Of a stretch of 64,000 nucleotides of DNA, positions 49,463 through 59,522 are shown one piece after another. Each line of letters opens with the position of its first letter. Position 1 is the stretch's first letter. Where the stretch lies: positions 58,595 to 122,594 of the forward strand of contig CALYBC010000009.1 in the NCBI GenBank assembly GCA_944393725.1, given 5' to 3'. This stretch comes from an uncultured Alphaproteobacteria bacterium (GTDB lineage: Bacteria > Pseudomonadota > Alphaproteobacteria > RF32 > CAG-239). The notes below the pieces were generated by a model, which saw only the letters and a list, made by a program, of their open reading frames with translations, was not told the DNA's origin and did not search any database. The position numbers and the translations under genes are program-made.

Positions 49463-49977
49463 TGTTTTTGGAAGCAGGACTCTTGACCAGACGTTCGGTG
49501 CGTCAGTTTGATAAAGATAAAAAACTATCAAAGGCCGATATTGAGGATTTACTCAAGATTGCCATGTATGCGCCTTCGGGATGCAATAGACAGCCTTGGG
49601 AGTTTGTGGTGGTAGAAGATGACGAAACCAAAGAAAAAATTATACAAATACATTCTCATGCCTCTTTCTTAAGAGATGCTGCTGCGGCTATCGTGGTGTG
49701 TGGCGATACAAATCAGCAGTTGGATGAAAATTTTTGGGTAGTCGACACCTCGGCTGCGGTTGAAAATTTATTGCTTGCTATTCATGGTAAAGGATTAGGT
49801 GGATGTTGGTGTGCTATCTATCCTTATGAAGAAAGAATGAAAGAGTTTCAAAAACTTCTCGGATTACCGGAAAATGTGAAACCCAATGCGCTGGTCGTCG
49901 TAGGCTATCCGACCAAAATTCCGGTACAGCCGAAAGATAGATTTAAACCGGAAAAAATTCACTACGAAAAGTGGTAA
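49462..49977 (+). CDS. Nitroreductase-family flavoprotein
   Basis: RRSVRQF...PSGCN.QPWEF motif; ATG overlaps the atpC stop. Confidence 0.7.
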   Translation: MFLEAGLLTRRSVRQFDKDKKLSKADIEDLLKIAMYAPSGCNRQPWEFVVVEDDETKEKIIQIHSHASFLRDAAAAIVVCGDTNQQLDENFWVVDTSAAVENLLLAIHGKGLGGCWCAIYPYEERMKEFQKLLGLPENVKPNALVVVGYPTKIPVQPKDRFKPEKIHYEKW

Positions 49978-49979
49978 AA

Positions 49980-50018
49980 AAATGAGCTCTTTCCTAACGA
50001 TGAAAGAGCTCATTTTAA
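49980..50018. terminator. Bidirectional intrinsic terminator between convergent genes
   Basis: AATGAGCTCTTT..loop..AAAGAGCTCATT perfect 12-bp stem with flanking A- and T-runs. Confidence 0.5.
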
Positions 50019-50019
50019 T

Positions 50020-51495
50020 TTAGATATTTACCAACCCCCTTACCATGGCATAAACGGCTGCCAGGGCTATTATAATTAATATACCAGCGAGTATCTTTTC
50101 TGAGGAGGTAAATATTTTTTCATCGGGGGCATTTTCTTTTCTGGCCCAAATATAAACCGGAATGCCTAAAGCTATTATTATTACCGCCATGAGCAAATAT
50201 TTAAGACCGGCGGCATAAATTAACCACAGTGCATATAAAGATCCGATTATGGAGGTAAATAAGGCACCACTGCGTTTATAAATAATGTTGTGCGGATATT
50301 CGCCGTCCTCACAAAGCTTCCATAGATATGCACAGGAGGCAAAATATGCCGGCAAAACCATTACACTGGTGATTGACAACATAGTGTTCCAGGCATTGTT
50401 GGAAAAATAAACCAGCAATAAAAATAATTGCATGGCAACTGAGGTTGTTATTAGCGAAACCGATGGAGCCCCATTATCGTTTTCTTTGGCAAAGGCCTTG
50501 GGAAATGTGCCGTCTTCGGCGGCTGCCTGTGGAATTTGTGCTGTGACAATGGTCCATGCTAACCAGCTTGTGAGCACCGATATAACCAGACCTATGTTCA
50601 TTATCCAAGCTCCCCACTTACCGACAGATTGTTCCAAAATACCCGCAGTAGAAGGGTTGGATACTGCGGCTAGCTCTGGTTGCGTCATGTAGCCAAATGG
50701 CAATAATGAAAGCAGAATATAAATTATTAAACATCCCAAAAAACCTAATATGGTGGCGGGTCCAATGTCTGATACCGATTTGGCTCGTTTTGACATCACG
50801 ACAGCTCCCTCAATACCTATGAAAGACCATAGCGTAACCAACATGGTGCTTTTGATTTGGGTGCTTAAATTTCCTAATTTAGCTTTGGTGGCAATGGCTT
50901 CGCCCCAAAAATCAAAATCAAATTTATCAAGGTGGAATAAAAATGCCATTATAATTATAAACAGAACTAAAGGTACAATTTTGATAATTGTGCCGATACT
51001 GTTAACAATACTGGCTTGTTTAACACCTTTTAGAACTAAAAAGTTAAAACACCAAATAATTATTGAGCCTCCGATAATTGAGGGGAGGTTATTTCCTCCG
51101 GCAAAATGCGGCGGAAAAAAATAGTTTAATGCGTCCATGGTGATTACGGCATAACCGACATTACCACAAACCTGACAAAGCCAGTAAGACCATCCGATGG
51201 TAAAACCACTGTATTGTCCGAATCCGGCACGGCTATAGGAATAAATTCCCGTGGTCAAATCTGGTCTGGCCATGGATAAAATTGAAAAAGTACGGGCAAT
51301 GAAGTATATTCCTATGCCGGTTATTACCCAAGCCAAAAAAACTGCCCCGGCAGAGGCTCCGGCAGCCATATTTTGCGGTAATGAGTATATTCCGCCACCA
51401 ATCATGGAACTGATAACTATGGCAGCTAAAGCCAATATTCCGAGCCCGTTATTGTTTTTGCTATTTGCAAAAGATTTTGTTTTGATTTCTTTCAT
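50020..51495 (-). CDS. APC-superfamily amino-acid permease, arginine/agmatine (AaxC/AdiC-like) or arginine/ornithine antiporter candidate
   Basis: About 12 TM APC-type protein immediately downstream of a pyruvoyl arginine decarboxylase homologue; ATG at 51495 follows an AAGGAAA RBS. Confidence 0.65.
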   Translation of the reverse strand: MKEIKTKSFANSKNNNGLGILALAAIVISSMIGGGIYSLPQNMAAGASAGAVFLAWVITGIGIYFIARTFSILSMARPDLTTGIYSYSRAGFGQYSGFTIGWSYWLCQVCGNVGYAVITMDALNYFFPPHFAGGNNLPSIIGGSIIIWCFNFLVLKGVKQASIVNSIGTIIKIVPLVLFIIIMAFLFHLDKFDFDFWGEAIATKAKLGNLSTQIKSTMLVTLWSFIGIEGAVVMSKRAKSVSDIGPATILGFLGCLIIYILLSLLPFGYMTQPELAAVSNPSTAGILEQSVGKWGAWIMNIGLVISVLTSWLAWTIVTAQIPQAAAEDGTFPKAFAKENDNGAPSVSLITTSVAMQLFLLLVYFSNNAWNTMLSITSVMVLPAYFASCAYLWKLCEDGEYPHNIIYKRSGALFTSIIGSLYALWLIYAAGLKYLLMAVIIIALGIPVYIWARKENAPDEKIFTSSEKILAGILIIIALAAVYAMVRGLVNI

Positions 51496-51562
51496 ATTAG
51501 TTTCCTTGTGATGAATTTTGCGGAGCATTTTGTAAACTGCTCCGCAAATCAAATATGATCAA

Positions 51563-52147
51563 TTATAGTTGTACGGCCGGTGCATGTTCAAAATTTAAAA
51601 ATCCCATGGCGGTTAAACTGTAGCCAAATTGTTTGGTAATGTTTACATAATTATGCCACATCTGAAATTCGGAATGTTTTTCAACGCCGCGGATTTCAAG
51701 TTCATGTTTTAATGATTTATTTAACCACATTTCCGCATGACCTTTAGCAATTTCGTCATCAATAAAAGTGTCAAAATATTCAACATATTCGGCAGCCCAA
51801 CCACCGATTAATTCTCCTTTTTTGTTTTTGCCCCAGCATACTCCCAAACCAGTAGCAATGGCTTTGTGGTCATCACGATTGGCTCCGTTGGCCGCCATAA
51901 TTACTTCCAAAACTGCACCGTGCTTAAATTGTTTTACAATTTTATCGTCTAGGGGAACAATTTTACCAAAAAGTTCTTTAGGAAGAACTGAAGTATAGGG
52001 AATGACATTAAAATTTTCTATTCTGGCCTGCATTAAAGCTGAATCATAGCAAAAGGTTTCAAAAGGTTGCGGCGGAATACCATCATCGGCTTGTCCGGCA
52101 CCACCGGTGATAAATGCAAAAGTTGGATAACGTACACCTTCAGTCAT
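51563..52147 (-). CDS. Pyruvoyl-dependent arginine decarboxylase (PvlArgDC/AaxB family)
   Basis: 194 aa; [28 protein letters not shown] aligns to the archaeal PvlArgDC self-cleavage region (...[25 protein letters not shown]), predicted Thr-Ser cleavage at IPYT/SVLP. Confidence 0.65.
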   Translation of the reverse strand: MTEGVRYPTFAFITGGAGQADDGIPPQPFETFCYDSALMQARIENFNVIPYTSVLPKELFGKIVPLDDKIVKQFKHGAVLEVIMAANGANRDDHKAIATGLGVCWGKNKKGELIGGWAAEYVEYFDTFIDDEIAKGHAEMWLNKSLKHELEIRGVEKHSEFQMWHNYVNITKQFGYSLTAMGFLNFEHAPAVQL

Positions 52148-52266
52148 TTTATATTCTCCTTTGTTAAAAATAAAAAAATAAGCAGCTTTTACAAAAAGCT
52201 ACTTATTTATCTATAATCAAAAACAGTGTTTTCAATAAAAAGTTGAAAAATTTTTATTGTAAGTCA

Positions 52267-53343
52267 CTAAATCTCTCCGATATAGATGCCTAGGTCTTTG
52301 GCGGCTCTTACATATTTGCCCTTGGGGTCAACCAAAGTGGTACCGGCTTTGACTACATCGTTTAATTCAACGGCAGAAACTTCGCCATTTTCCCAAACAA
52401 CCATTTTGTTGTCTTCACCTTGAGCTAACAACTCGATGGCTTTGGCGCCAAAAAGTGAAGCTAAAAGACGGTCAAAAGCTACCGGAACTCCGGACCTTTG
52501 CAGGTGACCGAGAGTGGTTACGCGGAACTGGAAGTCGTTATATACCTTGGTAATTTCTCCACATAAATACTGTCCAATACCGCCATAAATCATTTCTCCA
52601 ACCATGTTTTTACGGTTGGTAACCGGAGTGCCGTCTTCGGTCTTTAGGCCCTCGGATACGACAATAACGGCATGGTTGCGGCCGCGAGCTTTGATTTCTT
52701 TGAGCTTATTAATGATTCCGCTAATGGTGTAGGGAATTTCAGGAATTAAACAAACATCGGCATTGCCGGCTAAAGCAGAGTGCAAAGCCAAGTGTCCGGC
52801 ATCGCGACCCATAACCTCGGTAATCATGGCACGGTTATGTGAGCGAGCTGTCAATTCTAAGCTATCAATAGCTGTGGTGCAGTATTGAACTGCTGTTTGG
52901 AATCCAACCGAAAATTCGGTAATCGGAGTATCATTATCAATAGTTTTGGGAATACCGATAATTTTGACCATCGAACCACGGCACATATTGGAAACAATAT
53001 TCATACTACCGTCGCCGCCGATAACAACTATGGCATCAAGACCCAATTCTTTAACACCGGTAGCAAATCTTTTGGATACTTCCTCCAAAGATTCTATACG
53101 CATTCCTTTGTTTAGAGAGCCTAAATAAGAACCACTGAGGCGAGGCCAGGGCGAATCGCAGAAATTTTTTATGGTTAAAACTTCGTAACGGTGCGGCTTT
53201 TCGGTAATGCCTTCGGTGCCGTCGTTTATACCATAAACTTCCCATCCTTTCTTTTCGGCGGCTTCAACAACCGAACATATTACGGCATTAAGGCCGGCAC
53301 AGTCGCCGCCAGAGGTAAGAACTCCTATTCTTTTGATTTCACT
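52267..53343 (-). CDS. pfkA: 6-phosphofructokinase (ATP-dependent type)
   Basis: GVLTSGGDCAGLNA, GGDGS and PKTIDND motifs. Confidence 0.85.
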   Translation of the reverse strand, partial: SEIKRIGVLTSGGDCAGLNAVICSVVEAAEKKGWEVYGINDGTEGITEKPHRYEVLTIKNFCDSPWPRLSGSYLGSLNKGMRIESLEEVSKRFATGVKELGLDAIVVIGGDGSMNIVSNMCRGSMVKIIGIPKTIDNDTPITEFSVGFQTAVQYCTTAIDSLELTARSHNRAMITEVMGRDAGHLALHSALAGNADVCLIPEIPYTISGIINKLKEIKARGRNHAVIVVSEGLKTEDGTPVTNRKNMVGEMIYGGIGQYLCGEITKVYNDFQFRVTTLGHLQRSGVPVAFDRLLASLFGAKAIELLAQGEDNKMVVWENGEVSAVELNDVVKAGTTLVDPKGKYVRAAKDLGIYIGEI

Positions 53344-53476
53344 CATTGCTCTTAAGACTCCTTTTTTTATTTGTTGCAATATTTGTCATTTTGGTGTATA
53401 CTAATACAGATTTAAGAGATATTTTCCAGAAAAAAATGTGATTTAATAAGATTTTTTATTGAAAGGGCCTTTTTTT

Positions 53477-53689
53477 ATGTTGAACCAGAATCAAAATGCT
53501 CGCTTGTTGCAACAACTTTGTGAGCTGAAACTGGAAGAAAGACGCGTCAGATCCGATATTCACCACTTGGTTAAGGATAACAGAACGATTGATTTCTTTA
53601 AGGCTAAACAGCTTAATATCCTTAAAACAGGAGTGAAACAGAAGATTAAGACGGTCGAGTCTAAAATGACGCCAAATATTATAGCTTAA
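53477..53689 (+). CDS. Hypothetical small basic protein
   Basis: 70-aa ORF (76 aa from the TTG at 53459); likely coiled-coil; no signature. Confidence 0.3.
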   Translation: MLNQNQNARLLQQLCELKLEERRVRSDIHHLVKDNRTIDFFKAKQLNILKTGVKQKIKTVESKMTPNIIA

Positions 53690-53712
53690 CTTGTGAGTTA
53701 TTGCCTTTAATT

Positions 53713-53741
53713 AAAAAGTCCGGATGTTATCCGGACTTTTT
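53713..53741. terminator. Bidirectional intrinsic terminator
   Basis: AAAAAGTCCGGAtgttaTCCGGACTTTTT. Confidence 0.55.
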
Positions 53742-53743
53742 AA

Positions 53744-55624
53744 TTAGTTCTCCAAACCTAGCAACTTGTACTTGATTCTTACATCCATATCCTGAGCGTA
53801 GTCGTCGATAAGTTCTGATGCAAGATTGTCTTCCAAATCTTTTTGCATGGCAGAATTAATCGTTTCCAACTGTTGATCAGTGCCAGCCTTGGCCTTAATT
53901 ACCTTAACAGGGGAGATGATGTTGGTAACTCCGTTGCCGGAAATAAGGCGGTATTCGTTTAATGGGGTTTGGAATACTTCGTTGAGTTGTAAGGAATTTA
54001 GTTTGGCAAAAGCTTCACCTTTTTTCAAAGGTCGGGTTTGGTTGAGCTTAAGGTTAAATCTTGAAGCTATATCCGATATTGAATCCCCTTCGTCTAGGTT
54101 GGCGACAATGTCATTGACGACTTCTTGAGCAATTGCCGATTTCTCATTTTCGGCCCAAATTTTGATAATTTCGGGACGAACCTGTTCCAATTCTTTTATC
54201 TTGGCTTCAACAATTTTATTAACAGAAGCCAAAACAAAACTGTCCTCGGTTTCAATAGTTTGGGTAATCTCGTTTTCATTGTATGAAAAAGCAGTGTCAA
54301 TAAAATCTGACGAAGATACAATATCGGCATATTTTTTGTTACTGATGGATTTGTAGCTGCCATCTTCTTTCAAGCCTTTAACTGATACAACTTTAACGTC
54401 GTATTTATCGGCTATTTCTTCTAATGAGGCACCGTTGCCTATCATATCGTCTATTTCCTGCATAACCTCAAGAGCTTTTTCGTAAGCGTATTCTTGTTGC
54501 AGGATGTTTTTAATGCGGCCTTTTACCTCAGAAAGCGGAGTTTCTTTTTTGGGTGTAATTTTGGTAACTTTGATGATATGCCAGCCAAAATCGGATTTGA
54601 TGGGGCCGACTATATCATTTAGCTTGGCGTCAAAAACATCTTGTGAAAGCTCGGGCAATAAAGAATCGGCCGTAACATCGCCTAATTCCGTGGTTTGCTT
54701 GTCTTGATTGGCTTTTTGCAAGGCAACATCATAAAAATCCTTGCCGCCTTTTAGCAGATTAACGGCTTCGCTTGCTGCTCCTTCACTGTCAAATACCATT
54801 TGCAAGGCTTGACGGGTTTCGGGAATTACATAATCGGCAAGGTTGTCTTGATAGTAAGAGGATATATCCTCGTCCGATATGCTCATCTTTTCGGCCAAGT
54901 CGGCAATTTTAAGGTCTATAAAGCTGACATCACGATTTTCGGCTTCTTCAAATTGCGGAGCAAAGTCTTCATAATATTGTTCAATCTCTTCTTCCGTAAT
55001 ATCTCGATCAATTTTCATGTCGGAAGGATCAATACTTATGTATGCAAAAACTTTCTGTTGATTGGCAATTTGAGAATAGTATTTGTTCATAAATTGCGGA
55101 AAGGCAATATTTTCAACCGGTGAGTACACCAAATGGCGGCTTAAAATATTTTGTTTTAAGTTGTTGATGTATTCTTTTTCGCTCATATCAAAATAAGAAA
55201 GCTGGCGGCGCAAAAGTTCGGGACTAAAGCGACCGGAGGCATCCATAAACTCAGGCTGAGAGGCTATAATTTGCTGAATTAGCTCATCTGAGATGCTGGC
55301 ATCTTCTTTTTGTGCCTCTCGCATAATAATCATATCAGTGAGGTTTTGTTTAACCAGGGAACTTAAAATGTCTTTTCTGGTGTCGTCATTGAGCTCTAAA
55401 TCGTATCCCAAAACCTTTTGAGATTTGCGGATGCTGTCTTGCAATTTGGCATTCATCTCGTCTTGCAAGATTTCCATATTGTCAACTTTTAGTACGGCAC
55501 GATTCTTGCCGGCTGAATTTACATAGCCGGAAACTCCAAACAAAGACATAAAACTTAGTGCCGTCAAAGCTAAAATCAGTTTGGTTAACCACGAGTCTTG
55601 ATATTTTCTTATTTTGCTTATCAT
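53744..55624 (-). CDS. ppiD: Periplasmic chaperone PpiD (SurA-like N-domain plus parvulin PPIase)
   Basis: N-terminal TM anchor, SurA-N-like region, parvulin motif (S.D.......GGDLG...........F......G....PI.S.FGWHIIKV). Confidence 0.75.
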   Translation of the reverse strand: MISKIRKYQDSWLTKLILALTALSFMSLFGVSGYVNSAGKNRAVLKVDNMEILQDEMNAKLQDSIRKSQKVLGYDLELNDDTRKDILSSLVKQNLTDMIIMREAQKEDASISDELIQQIIASQPEFMDASGRFSPELLRRQLSYFDMSEKEYINNLKQNILSRHLVYSPVENIAFPQFMNKYYSQIANQQKVFAYISIDPSDMKIDRDITEEEIEQYYEDFAPQFEEAENRDVSFIDLKIADLAEKMSISDEDISSYYQDNLADYVIPETRQALQMVFDSEGAASEAVNLLKGGKDFYDVALQKANQDKQTTELGDVTADSLLPELSQDVFDAKLNDIVGPIKSDFGWHIIKVTKITPKKETPLSEVKGRIKNILQQEYAYEKALEVMQEIDDMIGNGASLEEIADKYDVKVVSVKGLKEDGSYKSISNKKYADIVSSSDFIDTAFSYNENEITQTIETEDSFVLASVNKIVEAKIKELEQVRPEIIKIWAENEKSAIAQEVVNDIVANLDEGDSISDIASRFNLKLNQTRPLKKGEAFAKLNSLQLNEVFQTPLNEYRLISGNGVTNIISPVKVIKAKAGTDQQLETINSAMQKDLEDNLASELIDDYAQDMDVRIKYKLLGLEN

Positions 55625-55794
55625 AGTTATTCGTTCCTTGAAAAATGTATCCACATATATCAAAATCTTTGCCGATTATAATACCTTTATTATTTTATAC
55701 AACTATTCAAATATTGGTGTTGAAAAGTTTTTCTTACTATGTTAGAAGGTAGGTTAATTTGACAATGTATGTTTTTTATAAAAAGGAGTTTGTT

Positions 55795-56553
55795 ATGGCA
55801 CGTAAGATGATGATTGCCGGAAACTGGAAAATGAACGGTTTATCCGTTGACGGAGTAAATTTGGCTAAGGAAGTAGCTGCTGCGGTTAAAGCAAAAAAAA
55901 GAGAGTGCGAGTTTGTGGTTTGTCCGCCGTTTACAATTCTGGCTTTGGTGAAAAAAGCTCTGCGAGGTGCTAAAGTGGCTTTGGGCGGTCAGGATTGTCA
56001 TTTTGATGAAAAAGGTGCTCATACCGGCGATATCAGTCCGGTAATGCTTACCGATTTGGGTTGTTCTTATGTTATTTTGGGACACTCAGAAAGACGCGCC
56101 GATCATGGCGAATCCGATGAGTTGGTTTGCAAAAAGGCCGTTGCCGCTCATAAAAACGGTTTGAAAACAATTATTTGTATCGGAGAAACTTTGCAACAAC
56201 GCGATGAAGGCAAAACTATTGAAGTCTGCTCTAAGCAAATTTTGGGTTCGGTACCTGATTGTGCCGATGCTAAAAATACCGTGATTGCTTATGAGCCGGT
56301 TTGGGCTATCGGTACCGGTAAAACTCCGACTGCTCAAGATGTAGAGGATGTTCATGCCGCCGTACGCAAAGTATTGGCTAAAAAATTGGGAAGAGCTCAG
56401 GCAAATAAAATGAGAATCCTTTACGGTGGTTCGGTTAAACCAAATAATGCCAAAGAATTATTGGCTTTGCCGGATGTCGATGGTGCTCTTATCGGCGGTG
56501 CAAGTTTGAAGTCAACCGATTTTATGGCTATTGCCGATAATGCCGGTTGTTAA
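55795..56553 (+). CDS. tpiA: Triosephosphate isomerase
   Basis: IAGNWKMNG, GHSERR and AYEPVWAIGTGK motifs. Confidence 0.9.
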   Translation: MARKMMIAGNWKMNGLSVDGVNLAKEVAAAVKAKKRECEFVVCPPFTILALVKKALRGAKVALGGQDCHFDEKGAHTGDISPVMLTDLGCSYVILGHSERRADHGESDELVCKKAVAAHKNGLKTIICIGETLQQRDEGKTIEVCSKQILGSVPDCADAKNTVIAYEPVWAIGTGKTPTAQDVEDVHAAVRKVLAKKLGRAQANKMRILYGGSVKPNNAKELLALPDVDGALIGGASLKSTDFMAIADNAGC

Positions 56554-56578
56554 TTTGAATTAAATAAGGAAAATTGAA

Positions 56579-56914
56579 ATGGGAACAGTTTTATTGGTTA
56601 TTCATTTGTTGGTATGCATTTTCTTGGTGGCTTGCATTTTGATGCAACGTTCTACCGGAGGTGCTTTGGACGGTTTAGGCGGAGGTTCCGGGGCATCTAG
56701 CTTCTTGAGCGTCAGAGGTACCGGAAATTTGCTTACCAGAACTACGGCAATCTTGGCTACCTTGTTGTTTGTCACCAGTATATCTTTGGCTTTGTATTAT
56801 CGCGGACAGGCAAAACCTGCCGAGTCTTTACTGGATAAGGCTGCAGCTGAGCAAACAGTGCCGGTTGATAATGCGGCAGATGATGCTCCGCAAGCTCCGG
56901 TGGCAGAAAAATAA
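56579..56914 (+). CDS. secG: Preprotein translocase subunit SecG
   Basis: Two TM helices flanking a Gly-rich loop (LMQRSTGGALDGLGGGSG). Confidence 0.8.
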   Translation: MGTVLLVIHLLVCIFLVACILMQRSTGGALDGLGGGSGASSFLSVRGTGNLLTRTTAILATLLFVTSISLALYYRGQAKPAESLLDKAAAEQTVPVDNAADDAPQAPVAEK

Positions 56915-57011
56915 TGAATTGCAATTTGATAAATAACTTGGGGGCATCTTTCCGATAAAAAGGGAAGGTGCCCTTAACTCTTTAAAATATTAATATAACG
57001 GGAACTTGAAA

Positions 57012-58649
57012 ATGTCAGAAAATACCAAATTTATATTTATTACCGGTGGTGTGGTTTCTTCTTTGGGAAAAGGATTGGCTTCGGCTTCGTTGTCTTCTAT
57101 CTTGCAGTCCAGAGGATTTAAGGTGAGAATGAGAAAGCTTGATCCTTACCTTAATGTCGATCCGGGAACAATGAGCCCATATCAGCATGGTGAGGTGTTT
57201 GTTACCGATGACGGTGCCGAAACTGATTTGGATTTGGGACATTATGAAAGATTTTCCGGTGTGCCGTGTCATAAAACCGATAGTGTAACAACCGGAAAAA
57301 TTTATCAGCGCGTGATTGATAAGGAAAGACATGGAGATTATCTTGGTGCAACCATTCAGGTAATTCCGCATGTAACCAATGAAATTAAAGATTTTATTCT
57401 CTCTGATATTACCGATGAAGATTTTGTGCTGTGCGAAATCGGCGGTACCGTAGGCGATATTGAAGGACAACCCTATTTAGAGGCTATCCGTCAAGTGGCA
57501 TATGAGTTAGGCAGAGAAAGAGCCATGTTTATCCATGTAACGCTGTTGCCGTATATTCCGACTGCAGGAGAACTGAAGACAAAGCCAACACAACACTCGG
57601 TTAAAAAATTGCAAGAATACGGAATTCAGCCGGATATGTTACTATGTCGTTCGCAAATGCCAATTCCGCAAAATGAAAAGCGTAAAATAGCATTGTTCTG
57701 TAATATCAGGGAAGAAAATGTTATTGCGGCTTTGGATGTGTCGAGCATATATGAAGTTCCGATTGCTTATTCGCGTGAGGGTATGGATAAGGCAGTGTGC
57801 AAGCATTTTGGTATTGCTTGTGACAGTGAGCCTGATTTAAGCAAATGGGAAAAAATTTTGGAAAATATCAAGCATCCGGAAGGTGAGGTAAGAATCGCCG
57901 TAGTAGGTAAATATGTAAAATTATTGGAAGCGTATAAATCTTTGAATGAAGCTTTAACTCATGGCGGTATTGCCAATAAATACAAAGTAAAAGTAAAATG
58001 GATTGATTCTGAAATTTTAGAAAAAGAATCGCCGGATGAACATTTGAATGATGTGAGTGGTATATTGGTGCCGGGTGGATTTGGTCAACGCGGAACCGAA
58101 GGAAAAATTAATGCCATAAAATACGCCAGAGAACATAAAATTCCATTTTTGGGAATTTGTTTTGGTATGCAAATGGCCGTAATTGAAACCATGCGGAATG
58201 TGGCCGGAATTAAAAATGCCGGAACTACCGAGTTTGATCCGAATTGTGAGCCGGTTGTCGGACTGATGACAGAATGGGATAAAGAAGGGGCAAAGCAAAT
58301 CAGGCACAAAGATGGTGATTTGGGGGGTACCATGCGTTTGGGAGCTTATGATTGTATATTGGCTCCTAATTCTTTAGTCGCTAAAATTTATGGTAAGGAA
58401 AAAATATCGGAAAGACATCGTCACAGATATGAAGTAAATATGAAATACGAGGAAACTTTGAGACGCTCGGGAATGGATATAGTCGGAAAATCACCTGACG
58501 GAAAACTACCAGAAATCGTGGAGATAAAAGATCATCCGTGGTTTGTGGCGGTGCAGTTCCATCCGGAATTGAAATCAAAGCCATTTGAGCCGGCTCCTCT
58601 GTTTGTGTCTTTTGTAAAGGCTGCTATTGACAAAAGTAGATTGATTTAA
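57012..58649 (+). CDS. pyrG: CTP synthase
   Basis: [16 protein letters not shown] start and GATase domain motif GICFGMQ. Confidence 0.9.
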   Translation: MSENTKFIFITGGVVSSLGKGLASASLSSILQSRGFKVRMRKLDPYLNVDPGTMSPYQHGEVFVTDDGAETDLDLGHYERFSGVPCHKTDSVTTGKIYQRVIDKERHGDYLGATIQVIPHVTNEIKDFILSDITDEDFVLCEIGGTVGDIEGQPYLEAIRQVAYELGRERAMFIHVTLLPYIPTAGELKTKPTQHSVKKLQEYGIQPDMLLCRSQMPIPQNEKRKIALFCNIREENVIAALDVSSIYEVPIAYSREGMDKAVCKHFGIACDSEPDLSKWEKILENIKHPEGEVRIAVVGKYVKLLEAYKSLNEALTHGGIANKYKVKVKWIDSEILEKESPDEHLNDVSGILVPGGFGQRGTEGKINAIKYAREHKIPFLGICFGMQMAVIETMRNVAGIKNAGTTEFDPNCEPVVGLMTEWDKEGAKQIRHKDGDLGGTMRLGAYDCILAPNSLVAKIYGKEKISERHRHRYEVNMKYEETLRRSGMDIVGKSPDGKLPEIVEIKDHPWFVAVQFHPELKSKPFEPAPLFVSFVKAAIDKSRLI

Positions 58650-58691
58650 TACATAAAGTGAAAATTAATCAATTTTTACGGATATTAAACT

Positions 58692-59243
58692 ATGAAAAGT
58701 TTGAGCGTATGGACTTTCCTATGTGTCGTATTTTTGTCGTGTGAAGCCAGAGCCGATTGGCTGGATAATTGGATGAAAGATGTGTCGGATGCCGCGGAAT
58801 CTATTATAAGCTTGGGGCATTATGATGCATATATACCGTTTTATGCCTGGCATAATCGCTTAGCTTATGATGATGAACATATTGAAAAATATAATGAAAA
58901 GGCTTTTGGGTTTGGGCTGGGAAAGTCTTTGCATGATGAAAAAGGAAATTGGTATGGTTTATACGCCTTTGCGTTTGAAGATTCAAATCATAAATTGGAA
59001 ACGGTTGCCGGATTTGCTTATCAGAAAAATTGGAATTTGACTTGTGACGGCAATTGGAAAGCCGGAATAGGATATACCATCGGAATGACACAACGCGAAG
59101 AGTATTATTATATTCCAATTCCGATGCCTCTGCCAATTGCCGGAGTAGAGTATAAAGATGTGGCTTTACAGATGGCTTATGTACCCGGGCTTAAAAATTT
59201 TGGTAATGTCGCTTTGTTTTGGACCAGAATAAGCATTAATTGA
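58692..59243 (+). CDS. pagP: Lipid A palmitoyltransferase PagP-like outer-membrane enzyme
   Basis: Signal peptide plus near-colinear match to enterobacterial PagP (HYDAYIPFYAWHNRLAYDDE...YNE..FGFGLGKS..DEKGNWYGLYAFAFEDS......AGFAY...W....D.NWKAGIGYT.G.T.R..Y.YIPIP..LP.A.V.Y..V.LQM.YVPG..N.GNV.FW.R). Confidence 0.75.
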   Translation: MKSLSVWTFLCVVFLSCEARADWLDNWMKDVSDAAESIISLGHYDAYIPFYAWHNRLAYDDEHIEKYNEKAFGFGLGKSLHDEKGNWYGLYAFAFEDSNHKLETVAGFAYQKNWNLTCDGNWKAGIGYTIGMTQREEYYYIPIPMPLPIAGVEYKDVALQMAYVPGLKNFGNVALFWTRISIN

Positions 59244-59327
59244 TTAAATTTTTATACTACAATATAAAAAAAGACTTGATTATTTTTGTTTTGTGCTTTA
59301 TCTGTAGGACAGCTTTATTGAAACAAA

Positions 59328-59414
59328 GCGGCCATGGCGGAATTGGTAGACGCGCAACCTTGAGGTGGTTGTGGGAGAACTCCCGTGAAGGTTCAAGTCC
59401 TTTTGGCCGCACCA
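59328..59414 (+). tRNA. tRNA-Leu, anticodon GAG, long variable arm, CCA encoded
   Basis: GCGGCCATGGCGGAATTGGTAGACGCGCAACCTTGAGGTGGTTG...GGTTCAAGTCCTTTTGGCCGCACCA. Confidence 0.8.
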
Positions 59415-59522
59415 AACAAAACTATAAGTTTGGTGGAGAGGTCAAAATAAAGCTTTTTTTATGCCTTAAGAACACTAAATAGATTTATTGAAGCTTATTT
59501 CTATAGTTACGAGAGGAGGTTA

